Source: Gammaproteobacteria bacterium
GTDB lineage: Bacteria; Pseudomonadota; Gammaproteobacteria; DSM-16500
Assembly (NCBI GenBank): GCA_035478255.1
Contig: DATIJV010000108.1
Location: forward strand, 1-61,194
Direction: 5' to 3'
DNA: 61,194 nt
The notes below the pieces were generated by a model. The model did no database searches. It was not told where the DNA came from and was given only the letters and a program-made list of their open reading frames with translations. Below are positions 35,000-43,183 of the stretch, piece by piece (within the stretch, counting starts at the first letter, position 1; each line of letters begins with the position of its first letter). A program made the translations under genes and the position numbers.

Positions 35000-35177
35000 C
35001 CAGATATATTTTCTTGCCTTCTCTTCGCGGGATTTCAATATGTCCGCTCTTAGAGCGACCAACAACTTTAATACCCTCTACACCACCTGATGTTCTTACT
35101 GAACGATCAATAAGCTCCTGCCTTTTAGTAGGATCTTTTAAATAGGGGTTGGTTTCAATCAATGATTTTGTTTTCAT
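34974..35177 (-). CDS. Small protein with the Fic-inhibitory (S/T)xxxE(G/N) motif: candidate class I Fic antitoxin (VbhA/YhfG-like)
   Basis: 67 aa. 'RSVRTSGGVEGI' contains S-G-G-V-E-G, which fits SxxxEG. It is convergent with fic and their 3' ends overlap by 26 bp. Confidence 0.5.
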   Translation of the reverse strand: MKTKSLIETNPYLKDPTKRQELIDRSVRTSGGVEGIKVVGRSKSGHIEIPRREGKKIYLVKQTAVAK

Positions 35178-35331
35178 AGTGTAATTATAGCAGTTTTAGG
35201 CTCATCTGTAATTCATTATTGCTTGTTGTGGGTTGTTGTTTTTAACTGTCCCAAGAATGTCCCTTTTCGCTAAATTTAGGGTATTTTTGATGCCATGAAA
35301 ATGGGTGATTTGTATTTATTATTCAATGAGT

Positions 35332-35374
35332 TGGGCCCACTAGGACTTGAACCTAGGACCAAGGGATTATGAGT
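35332..35374. repeat. att-type direct repeat DR2 (43-bp copy of the tRNA 3' half)
   Basis: tgggcccactaggacttgaacctaggaccaagggattatgagt is identical to 46109-46151. Confidence 0.92.
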
Positions 35375-35495
35375 TCCAAAAATATGGGTTCTATTCGTTT
35401 CTACGATTTTCTAATTTTTTCTTAATATACTGTTATTTAAGTATTATTTAACATATAATGCGTTCCAATTTCTTCTAACGGAATCTAGTTATTCT

Positions 35496-35517
35496 TTCTA
35501 CATGGATTCTACATGGA
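35496..35517 (+). promoter_or_regulatory. Tandem 11-mer TTCTACATGGA x2: candidate integrase arm-type binding sites
   Basis: Perfect tandem copies at 35496-35506 and 35507-35517. The same pair occurs at 27428-27449 in island A. A degenerate pair (ttctacattgt ttctacatgaa) at 46040-46061 sits next to the tRNA end. Confidence 0.5.
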
Positions 35518-35529
35518 ATTGGAGCCAAG

Positions 35530-36780
35530 ATGAAACTGACAAAAGGGTTTATCGACAAAAAGGCTATAGCGCCTACAAATAAAGATCAGGCTTTCTATAG
35601 AGATGATGAGTTGAAAGGGTTTGCGCTGCGAGTTACTTCAAGCGGGGTTAAAAGCTTTGTTGTTGAAACAGTCATCGGCAACAAAGTGCGCCGTATGACA
35701 ATTGGCCGCTATGGAAAGTTGACGGCAGAAGAAGCGCGTATTGAAGCAAAAAAGATTTTAGGGAAAATCGCTGCTGGGGGTGATCCGGTTGCTGACAAAA
35801 AACAGGCGAGAGCCAAGTCTGTTACTTTGAAAGAAGTGTTTGAGGAATATCTTAAAACACGCAAAGCATTAAAGCTCACAACGGTATTTGATTACCAGCG
35901 AGTGATGAAAGAAGCTTTTTCGACATGGCTTTATAAACCGTTGCTCGACATTAATAAAGATATGGTGGCGCGCAGGCATAGCAAATTAGGTGAAAGCAGT
36001 CATGCTAGAGCTAACTTGGCAATGCGAGTGCTGCGAGCTTTATTTAATTTTGCCATGACACAATATGAAGATTCGCAAGGCCGCTCGCTAATTACTGATA
36101 ATCCTGTTAAACGGCTGTCACAAACCCGCGCATGGTATCGTGTAGAGCGTCGACAAAGTTTTATTAAAGCACATGAATTGGTGCTGTGGCATGAGGGCGT
36201 GCAAAAGCTAGAAAATAAAACCTTACGAGATTACCTGCTTTTGCTAGTTTTCACGGGATTACGCCGTCAAGAAGCCGCGACATTAAAATGGAATCAAGTT
36301 GATTTCAAGCAGAAAACGCTTACAATCATCGATACTAAAAATCATGAGCCACATACCCTTCCAATTTCCGATTATCTTTACGACTTGCTAATGCAGCGTA
36401 AAAATATCGCGACAACAGAATATGTTTTTCCAAGCAGCGGTGTTGGTGGTTATATTGTTGAGCCACGCAAGCAAATGGAAAAAGTTATTCAGCATTCTGG
36501 TATCTCCTTCATAATTCATGATTTGCGCAGGACGTTTCTAACTATTGCGGAAGGACTTGATATTTCCGCATATGCAGTTAAGCGATTAGCAAATCACAAA
36601 ATGAAACAAGACATTACTTCTGGTTACATCATCACTGATGTTGAGCGATTGCGAAAGCCCATGCAGCAAATTACAGATTATTTATTGAAGTGCATGGGGG
36701 TGATTAAGTCGGCAGATGTAATGAGTATTGAACAATTAAAAAAAGGAATTATTCATGAACATATTAGCGAATCAAAATAA
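35530..36780 (+). CDS. int: Tyrosine recombinase/integrase, P4/CP4-57 type (N-terminal DUF4102 arm-binding domain)
   Basis: 'FYRDDELKGFALRVTSSGVKSFVV' (DUF4102), 'LLVFTGLRRQEA', 'HDLRRTF', 'ANHK...SGYI'. ggag RBS. Adjacent to DR2. Confidence 0.93.
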   Translation: MKLTKGFIDKKAIAPTNKDQAFYRDDELKGFALRVTSSGVKSFVVETVIGNKVRRMTIGRYGKLTAEEARIEAKKILGKIAAGGDPVADKKQARAKSVTLKEVFEEYLKTRKALKLTTVFDYQRVMKEAFSTWLYKPLLDINKDMVARRHSKLGESSHARANLAMRVLRALFNFAMTQYEDSQGRSLITDNPVKRLSQTRAWYRVERRQSFIKAHELVLWHEGVQKLENKTLRDYLLLLVFTGLRRQEAATLKWNQVDFKQKTLTIIDTKNHEPHTLPISDYLYDLLMQRKNIATTEYVFPSSGVGGYIVEPRKQMEKVIQHSGISFIIHDLRRTFLTIAEGLDISAYAVKRLANHKMKQDITSGYIITDVERLRKPMQQITDYLLKCMGVIKSADVMSIEQLKKGIIHEHISESK

Positions 36781-37807
36781 CGAATCTTTGAGTCTGGATG
36801 GGAATTACAAAGACTTTTTACATGGTATAAAAGAACGATTAAAGAAAGCACAAATCAGAGCGGCTCTTGCTGCCAATACTGAGCTTGTCCGATTTTATTG
36901 GCAGCTCGGAGCTGACCTGATAGAACAGCAGAAAAAATATCAATGGGGTGAGAATTTTCTTGAGCAATTCTCTCGCGATTTGCGTAGCTCTTTTCCTGCT
37001 ATGCAGGGTTTTTCTGTTACAAACCTAAAACGTATGCGCTTGTTTGCTAAAGCTTATCCAAAAAGTCCACAGGCTGTGGACCAATTACCTTGGGGGCATA
37101 TTTCTCTATTAATTCATGCAGTTAAAGATGAGCTGATTCGAGGTTGGTACGCACAGCAAACTACTCAAAATGGCTGGTCACGGTCTGTATTAGAAATGCA
37201 GATTGAATCAGGGTTATATGAGCGCCAAGGTGTTATCAGCAATAAAGTAACCAATTACCACGAACACTTGCCTGCCAGTCAATCAGATTTGGCGCGAGAT
37301 ATATTAAAAGACCCCTACAATTTTGATTTTCTCACAATCAGTGACGAAGCGCATGAACGTGATATTGAAAATGCACTTGTCACGCATGTGCGTGATTTTC
37401 TCATTGAATTGGGTCAAGGTTTTGCATTTGTGGGTTCACAGGTGCCGCTCTCAATAGATGATCAGGAATTTTTTATTGATTTGCTTTTTTATCACTTACA
37501 TCTTCGATGTTTTGTCGTTGTTGAACTTAAGGCAAATAGTTTTAAACCAGAGCATACGGGGCAGTTAGGTTTTTATCTTGCTGTTGTTGACGATTTAATG
37601 AAGAAAGAAAGCGACAATCCGAGTATTGGAATTTTATTGTGTAAATCAAAAAGCAAAATTGTTGCTGAATATGCATTGCGTGGAATGAAAGCGCCGATTG
37701 GTATTTCAGAATATGTATTATCTAAAGTGGTGCCAAAAGAATTAAAATCAAATTTACCAACAATTGAACAAATTGAATTAGCATTGAACGAAAATGGAGA
37801 TAATTAA
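36755..37807 (+). CDS. yhcG: DUF1016/YhcG-family PDDEXK nuclease-fold protein
   Basis: 'LPWGHI..L', 'WYAQQ...NGWSRSVLEMQIESGLYERQG', 'FAFVGSQ...IDLLFYH..LRCFVVVELK' (PD-(D/E)xK-like core). Overlaps the int 3' end by 26 nt. Confidence 0.85.
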   Translation: MNILANQNNESLSLDGNYKDFLHGIKERLKKAQIRAALAANTELVRFYWQLGADLIEQQKKYQWGENFLEQFSRDLRSSFPAMQGFSVTNLKRMRLFAKAYPKSPQAVDQLPWGHISLLIHAVKDELIRGWYAQQTTQNGWSRSVLEMQIESGLYERQGVISNKVTNYHEHLPASQSDLARDILKDPYNFDFLTISDEAHERDIENALVTHVRDFLIELGQGFAFVGSQVPLSIDDQEFFIDLLFYHLHLRCFVVVELKANSFKPEHTGQLGFYLAVVDDLMKKESDNPSIGILLCKSKSKIVAEYALRGMKAPIGISEYVLSKVVPKELKSNLPTIEQIELALNENGDN

Positions 37808-38608
37808 ATGAAAAAAGAGAAAAAACCAGCGTCCTTTGAATGTAAAAAAAATTTTTATTCAGCAACCAGCTCAGAGATTTTTTTTAATTTTTTTACAGAA
37901 GATGATGTTGATAATATCATAAAATTACTATTTAAAAATCAATGCAAAATTCAAAAAACTGAGCTTTGTATATTATTAAATAATGTCACTCGTTTTGTAT
38001 CTATGATGAGACATAAAAAATTAAAACCTGGAAAAACTGATAATGCAAATATAATTGAAAAGATTTTTGATCATGCGAAAGAGTTAAAAAAATATATTGA
38101 TATTTTAGCTAAACAGTATGGTTACGAGCCTGTTGGAGAGATAACTTTGGCTATGCGTGAAAATCAAGTGTTAAAGAATATGAGTCTTAATGATTTTCTC
38201 GAAAAACTTGCCAATGATCTGTTTTATTTATCATTCGCTCGTGCAGCAGTAGAAAAAAGAATAGATGCTAGTCCGGGCAAGAGAACGGGCGGCAACTCAA
38301 GGGATTCCATTCCAAATCTAATACTTAATTTAATTTCTGTTTATGAGCGAATAACAGATAAAACCGCAGAAGAAAATTTTCAGCAAGACCCAACGGAAGA
38401 TCCTCCTTATGTGGGTCAATTTTATGAATTTTTACATCTTATATTCAAAATAATTAACGAAAATTACTCTATACGTTATCCAAATACAAAGGAGCCTAAC
38501 CCATTCAGAATAGATTTTGAAAATGAAAATAAAGAAAAATCTCATTCGCTTGGTAAATATGTTCGAAAAGTATTTGAGTCTCTTTTAGTCAGTGAAATAG
38601 ATTTCTAG
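37808..38608 (+). CDS. Hypothetical protein (no recognisable domain), abutting yhcG
   Basis: 266-aa ORF. Its ATG directly follows the yhcG TAA (taaatg). Confidence 0.55.
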   Translation: MKKEKKPASFECKKNFYSATSSEIFFNFFTEDDVDNIIKLLFKNQCKIQKTELCILLNNVTRFVSMMRHKKLKPGKTDNANIIEKIFDHAKELKKYIDILAKQYGYEPVGEITLAMRENQVLKNMSLNDFLEKLANDLFYLSFARAAVEKRIDASPGKRTGGNSRDSIPNLILNLISVYERITDKTAEENFQQDPTEDPPYVGQFYEFLHLIFKIINENYSIRYPNTKEPNPFRIDFENENKEKSHSLGKYVRKVFESLLVSEIDF

Positions 38609-38726
38609 CAATACGGAAGAAGCCAACTTTTTCTTTTTTTTAAGAAGCAACTTGGCTTATGCAAATCAAATTAATGTTTCGTAAGATGATCTTCTTAGTA
38701 TGTTTATTTTTTATGAAGGAGATCTT

Positions 38727-39029
38727 ATGAATACTTTAGATTCAAGGAAGAAGCGTTTTTGTTCTAAGCCAAAAAAAACTGAACAAGAACAAAGCAAAAT
38801 ATTTTGGGAAGCTCATCCAGAGACATTTTTTGGCGACCCAACGATTTCTGTGGTTACAGGGCGCAGTGTCAAGACCCTCCAATGCGATAGGTGGCGAAAG
38901 TCAGGTATACCCTTTAGAAAAGTTGGCGGCAGAATCCTTTATAAAAAATCTGATGTGATTGTTTGGTTGGAAAGTCACCCCCTTGTTCAATCAACAAGTG
39001 AATATAAGCACGAGGTGGGTGATGAGTAA
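38727..39029 (+). CDS. AlpA/excisionase-family helix-turn-helix protein
   Basis: 'ISVVTGRSVKTLQCDRWRKSGIPFRKVGGRILYKKSDVIVWLES' fits the AlpA/MerR-type HTH_17 pattern. aaggag RBS upstream of the ATG at 38727. Confidence 0.7.
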   Translation: MNTLDSRKKRFCSKPKKTEQEQSKIFWEAHPETFFGDPTISVVTGRSVKTLQCDRWRKSGIPFRKVGGRILYKKSDVIVWLESHPLVQSTSEYKHEVGDE

Positions 39030-39375
39030 TTTATGCAGTCAGGCGCCGCTATCAACGACGCCTATCAAGAAAAAATTCCAAGTAAAGTATGACATAAATT
39101 ATGTCTCCAAAAAAGCAGAAAATGTTTGGGAAGATATATGGGATAGTCTGGGTATTCCTTGCTCTTGTCTGAGTGGCAAATGCCCACAATGCAAACAACT
39201 TCACACATTCCAGCTTTTGGACGCATCAAGAGGTATTTTTTATTGTTCACACTGCAAAATACGCGGCAATGGGTTTGCTCTGCTTCAATATTTCAATCAA
39301 TGGGATCAAGACGAAGTGCTAGAGCGGGTTGGTAGATGTTTACGTTTACGAGATAAGGAGTTCATATATGGATAA
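39022..39375 (+). CDS. Small zinc-finger protein (primase/P4-alpha-like Zn-binding domain)
   Basis: 'CPQCKQLHTFQLLDASRGIFYCSHCKIRGNGFALLQYF' (CxxC...CxxC followed by GxGF.L). Start set at the internal ATG at 39022. Confidence 0.6.
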   Translation: MSNLCSQAPLSTTPIKKKFQVKYDINYVSKKAENVWEDIWDSLGIPCSCLSGKCPQCKQLHTFQLLDASRGIFYCSHCKIRGNGFALLQYFNQWDQDEVLERVGRCLRLRDKEFIYG

Positions 39376-40477
39376 GATGTCTCGTGACGATGGATTCGCG
39401 TCCTGTAAAATCGAACCACATCCAGAACCTGTTTTACTTGCTGAATTGTTAACAAACATCTCTCAGATTATAAAAAATTGCGTCGTTCTTTCTGAGCAAG
39501 AAGCAGATGCGATTGCTTTGTGGGTTGTTTTTACATATTGCATTGATGCTGTAAATTTTGCGCCTATCCTTAATATTACTTCGCCAGAAAAACGTTGTGG
39601 CAAGTCAACATTAGCAGCCTTATTAACACGGTTGGTTTACAAACCAATCGTGGCTTCTAATATTACGCCCGCGGCATTATTTCGCATTATAGAAAAATTG
39701 TCGCCTACGTTGATTATTGATGAAAGTGACAGTTTTCTTAACTTAAATGAGGAATTGCGCGGGATTTTAAACTCAGGACATTCTCGAGATTTGGCTTATA
39801 TTATTCGATGTGACGGTAAAAATTATGATCCCAAGCAATTTAAAACGTGGTGTGCAAAAGTTATCGTTGGCATTGGTAATATGCCTGATACTATCGCAGA
39901 TCGTTCGATTATTGTTCGTCTACGCCGTAAATTAGTCGGTGATACGATTCAAAGTTTTAGACGATATTCCAATGCTGAAATAAATGAACTAATCAGTAAA
40001 TGTCTGCGTTTTAGAAACGATTCCTTAGAGCAAATTAAAAATATTCAGGTTTTGATCCCGGAGTCGTTGCATGATCGGTCAGCAGACAATTGGGAGCCGC
40101 TTTTATCTATCGCGTATCTGGCAGGTGAAGAATGGATAAAGCGTGCCAATGAAGCTGCAATTTATCATTCAAAATTAGATGCCGAGGTGATAAGTACCGG
40201 CGTTGAATTGTTGCAGGATATCAAAAACATCTTTAATACAAAGGAGTTGTGGGGAATGTATACGTACGAATTGATAAATGAACTATGCGCAGACTTGGAG
40301 GCTCCATGGGCAACTTACAACCGCGGTAATCCATTGTCACCAAGACAGTTAGCCAAAAAATTAAAAGAATTTGATATTCGTAGCAAAGATATGAGATTGC
40401 CACCAGCCAAAAAAAATGCAAAAGGATATCTTTTAAAAGATTTTGAGGAGGCATTCACACGTTATATACCAACTTAG
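39368..40477 (+). CDS. DUF3631-like protein (common partner of P4-type primase/Zn-finger genes in integrative elements)
   Basis: 'ITSPEKRCGKSTLAALLTRLVYKPIVASNITPAALFRIIEK..PTLIIDESD' is a P-loop-like block, recalled from DUF3631 family members. aaggag RBS upstream of the ATG at 39368. Confidence 0.6.
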   Translation: MDKMSRDDGFASCKIEPHPEPVLLAELLTNISQIIKNCVVLSEQEADAIALWVVFTYCIDAVNFAPILNITSPEKRCGKSTLAALLTRLVYKPIVASNITPAALFRIIEKLSPTLIIDESDSFLNLNEELRGILNSGHSRDLAYIIRCDGKNYDPKQFKTWCAKVIVGIGNMPDTIADRSIIVRLRRKLVGDTIQSFRRYSNAEINELISKCLRFRNDSLEQIKNIQVLIPESLHDRSADNWEPLLSIAYLAGEEWIKRANEAAIYHSKLDAEVISTGVELLQDIKNIFNTKELWGMYTYELINELCADLEAPWATYNRGNPLSPRQLAKKLKEFDIRSKDMRLPPAKKNAKGYLLKDFEEAFTRYIPT

Positions 40478-40486
40478 CATTATTAT

Positions 40487-40613
40487 GCGCGACAGCGCGA
40501 CAAGTGGCTTTCTATAAGAGTTGTATTGATATTTGATGCGCGACAAATAAAGACATGTCGCGGAAAGAAATCGTCTAAAACTCTTGTCGCTGCTGGATTG
40601 TCGCGTTGTCGCG
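40487..40613. promoter_or_regulatory. Iteron-like cluster of CGCGACA/TGTCGCG heptamers (candidate ori or operator of the island)
   Basis: Forward gcgcgaca at 40487, 40495 and 40538. Reverse tgtcgcg at 40556, 40599 and 40607, plus a partial tgtcgc at 40585. Intergenic between the DUF3631-like and DUF5681-like genes. Confidence 0.6.
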
Positions 40614-40669
40614 GATAAAAAGCTTATTTGAGGAGTGTCATTTAATAAATGGAAATAAATGGAGATTTT

Positions 40670-41101
40670 ATGCCTAAATTTAAAATGGGAGAAATAAATA
40701 ATCCGAAGGGCAGGCCACGGAATACGGGCTATCGACAAAAACTATTTAACAGTTTGGTTGAGCCGCACAAGGATGCTTTATTCGATAAAGCCATCAACCT
40801 TGCTCTTGATGGAAACGAGCCGATGTTAAGAATATTTCTTGAGCGAATGCTGCCTGCTAAACCAACAGATGACGAATTGTCAGTGGAAATTTCACTCTGC
40901 GACTTAGGCAGTTCGGAAAGTTTGACCGCTTTGGGTAAAACTATTTTGCGATCGGTGGCGAGCGGCGACCTTACGCCATCTCAAGGACAGGCGATAATGT
41001 CAGTAATCGAATCTCAACATAAAAATATTGAAACATCGGAATTGGCAATCAGGCTTACAGAAATTGAACAAGTTTTTAAACAAAGAGATCAGGAGAAATA
41101 A
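40670..41101 (+). CDS. DUF5681-like phage/island protein
   Basis: N-terminal 'NNPKGRPRNTG' motif and helical remainder. ggag RBS upstream of the ATG at 40670. The family assignment is from memory. Confidence 0.5.
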   Translation: MPKFKMGEINNPKGRPRNTGYRQKLFNSLVEPHKDALFDKAINLALDGNEPMLRIFLERMLPAKPTDDELSVEISLCDLGSSESLTALGKTILRSVASGDLTPSQGQAIMSVIESQHKNIETSELAIRLTEIEQVFKQRDQEK

Positions 41102-41103
41102 AT

Positions 41104-41634
41104 ATGCGTCAAATTCACGATAAACATTATACGAATTTCACTTCAAAAGAACGCTTAAACTTAACCTTAGCTGCTCTTGCGCGTGGCGATGAAATAGAAG
41201 CTGATAAATTATGGCAAACATGCCCGCGTTATTTGTATCGCGCTCATGATTTTCTATACACGCTCAGTTTAAATGCGCTCACTATATTAAATTCATTTTT
41301 ATTTGAGAAATGTGTTTTGCACTATAATCACATTAAAAAAATTGATGAATTTATTTTGGAAGCGGGGCAAGATTTATCTTTTGAAGAAAATGAAAAATTG
41401 ATCGAGTCACTGGAAAAATCCCGAAATATACAAATATCCCGCCTTAAGGGCTTACTTGAAGGATTCAAATTATTTTGCACTGATGTGAATCTTGATTATG
41501 AAAATGCAATAAACATTATGCCAATTCGCGACTGCTGCCATGACCTTGATTATTTGCTTGAGTCTAGCGTGAGCGCAAATATGGAATATGTTGAGCAAGT
41601 GAAGTGTTTCTTTTTGCAACAATGGGGGTGTTAG
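41104..41634 (+). CDS. Hypothetical protein
   Basis: 176-aa ORF starting 2 nt after the preceding stop. No recognisable domain. Confidence 0.55.
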   Translation: MRQIHDKHYTNFTSKERLNLTLAALARGDEIEADKLWQTCPRYLYRAHDFLYTLSLNALTILNSFLFEKCVLHYNHIKKIDEFILEAGQDLSFEENEKLIESLEKSRNIQISRLKGLLEGFKLFCTDVNLDYENAINIMPIRDCCHDLDYLLESSVSANMEYVEQVKCFFLQQWGC

Positions 41635-41658
41635 TTTTAAGTGCCAATGATTGGCGAG

Positions 41659-41904
41659 CTATTTTTGATCAGTCGAAAGTGTTCTGACAGATGGAAATAG
41701 CTCACCCACTTCTACTTTTAAAGCTTTTGCAATTCGTATGATGTTAATGGCAGCGATGTTGCGTTCCCCGCGCTCAACGGAACCCATGTACGTACGATCC
41801 AAGCCTACTTCATGGGCGAAATTTTCTTGAGAAAACCCTTTTTCTTTGCGGAGTTCTCTAATTCTCTTGCCGATTCTAATAAGTGCTGGATGTTTTCTGC
41901 GCAT
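41659..41904 (-). CDS. XRE-family (HTH_3) transcriptional regulator
   Basis: 'IRELRKEKGFSQENFAHEVGLDRTYMGSVERGERNIAAINIIRIAKAL' is a canonical Cro/C1 HTH. Confidence 0.9.
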   Translation of the reverse strand: MRRKHPALIRIGKRIRELRKEKGFSQENFAHEVGLDRTYMGSVERGERNIAAINIIRIAKALKVEVGELFPSVRTLSTDQK

Positions 41905-41981
41905 TCATATAGAATATGCGCCTCATACCTATAGAACCACGGACTATGAGTATCAAATAATTTACTGTCGAGGTGTTTTAA

Positions 41982-42884
41982 GTGTTCAGGCAATATTTAT
42001 TGTTTTCAGTTATGTTGTTTTTTTCAAGTTCTTTATTAGCTGAAAATTTATCAGTTTCTTGCAAAAGCTATGTTGATGACAAGAAAACCTTTAGTAAGAA
42101 TCAAGGAATATATTTTTTTAATATTGGAATGTGTCAGTTACCAACAGTAACTAATAAAAAAGAGTTTGATTTACTTGCTGAGATTTTCAAACAATCTGCC
42201 AATAGTGGATATATGCCCTCTAATTATGCCTTGGGCATGCTTTATGAAAACAAGTTTTATGATGGCTCTCACTGGTTACATAGCCACGGCGAAATGATTG
42301 ATTTAGAAAATGCTTTGAAATACTTTAAAAAAATTGCACCTTCATCCGCTGTTGCCCAAAATAAACTTGGAGAAATTTATTTGGCCTACGCTAACATACA
42401 TAGCGAGGATCGGCAACTGGGCGATACTCAACAAATAGAAAATGTAGAAAGCGTACTACCTGATATTGATAAGGCAATATTTTGGTTAAATCTTGCGGCA
42501 AAACATGGGAATGCTGCAGCCCAAGGTACGTTAGCTGATTTATATTTTCAAGGTATTGGTGTGCCGCAGGACTTTGTTACAGCATATGTTTGGCAAAATA
42601 TATCTGTAGCTTCTCAGCTTAGATTCAATAAAAGATTTCAAAAAGGCGAAATAGGGAAACAACTTACTGAAAGCCAGATAGAAAATACGAAAAAACAATA
42701 TGATAATTTAACAATAATGCAAAAAAATGAAGCGCAAGCTATGTTAAAAAAATATTCTGATTTATATTTTTTGGCGCCTAAAAAAATAGATGAAGATTGT
42801 TCAGATGTACAGTCGTATATTGCAGCAACATTCGTTTTGAAAAAAATAAATGAAATTAAGAAAAATTTAAATGATAAAAATTAA
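41982..42884 (+). CDS. Secreted Sel1-repeat (SLR/TPR-like) protein
   Basis: Signal peptide '...FFSSSLLA'. Sel1 units 'ANSGYMPSNYALGMLYEN' and 'AAKHGNAAAQGTLADLYFQGIGVPQDFVTAYVW'. GTG start, or the ATG at 42012. Confidence 0.8.
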   Translation: MFRQYLLFSVMLFFSSSLLAENLSVSCKSYVDDKKTFSKNQGIYFFNIGMCQLPTVTNKKEFDLLAEIFKQSANSGYMPSNYALGMLYENKFYDGSHWLHSHGEMIDLENALKYFKKIAPSSAVAQNKLGEIYLAYANIHSEDRQLGDTQQIENVESVLPDIDKAIFWLNLAAKHGNAAAQGTLADLYFQGIGVPQDFVTAYVWQNISVASQLRFNKRFQKGEIGKQLTESQIENTKKQYDNLTIMQKNEAQAMLKKYSDLYFLAPKKIDEDCSDVQSYIAATFVLKKINEIKKNLNDKN

Positions 42885-42885
42885 T

Positions 42886-43119
42886 ATGGCCAATCCGATG
42901 CCGCGAATATGTTTAGGTTTTTTGATTGTTTACTGTGCTGTTAGTCCCGTGATGGCAAAGAGCAGCCATTATGGCTATCGCTCATTTTATCGACATGCTG
43001 CCTTAGGACGTACGCATAATGTTAAAACCCATTATAGAAGAAATCATGGAGTAATTTTCGGTCATAGGGCGGGGAATCCTCGATCTAATATCCATTGCCA
43101 AAATAATATTTGTTATTGA
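42886..43119 (+). CDS. Small secreted basic His/Arg/Tyr-rich protein
   Basis: Signal peptide 'ICLGFLIVYCAVSPVMA', then 'KSSHYGYRSFYRHAALGRTHNVKTHYRRNHG...'. No known domain. Confidence 0.45.
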   Translation: MANPMPRICLGFLIVYCAVSPVMAKSSHYGYRSFYRHAALGRTHNVKTHYRRNHGVIFGHRAGNPRSNIHCQNNICY

Positions 43120-43183
43120 AAAATTATACCGTAATGAAAAAAGTCAAATCAGTTATTTAAAATTTAAATGAGACGAGAATTAT

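Larger units (their letters stand above)
27264..35331. mobile_element. Genomic island A (outer, decayed) of a tandem tRNA-integrated island pair
   Basis: Bounded by DR1 and DR2. Carries an internally deleted integrase, a broken yhcG, assorted cargo and a Fic module. More AT-rich than the core by eye. Confidence 0.8.

Noticed and set aside
38959-39021. An upstream extension of the zinc-finger ORF (track start 38959) overlapping the AlpA-like gene by 71 nt.
   Set aside because: The internal ATG at 39022 directly follows the AlpA-like coding region. The extension is a translated out-of-frame overlap with no RBS.
40433-40738. A 101-aa minus-strand ORF across the iteron region.
   Set aside because: It overlaps the ends of two plus-strand genes and is made of the repeated heptamers. 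The region is better explained as a non-coding binding-site array.
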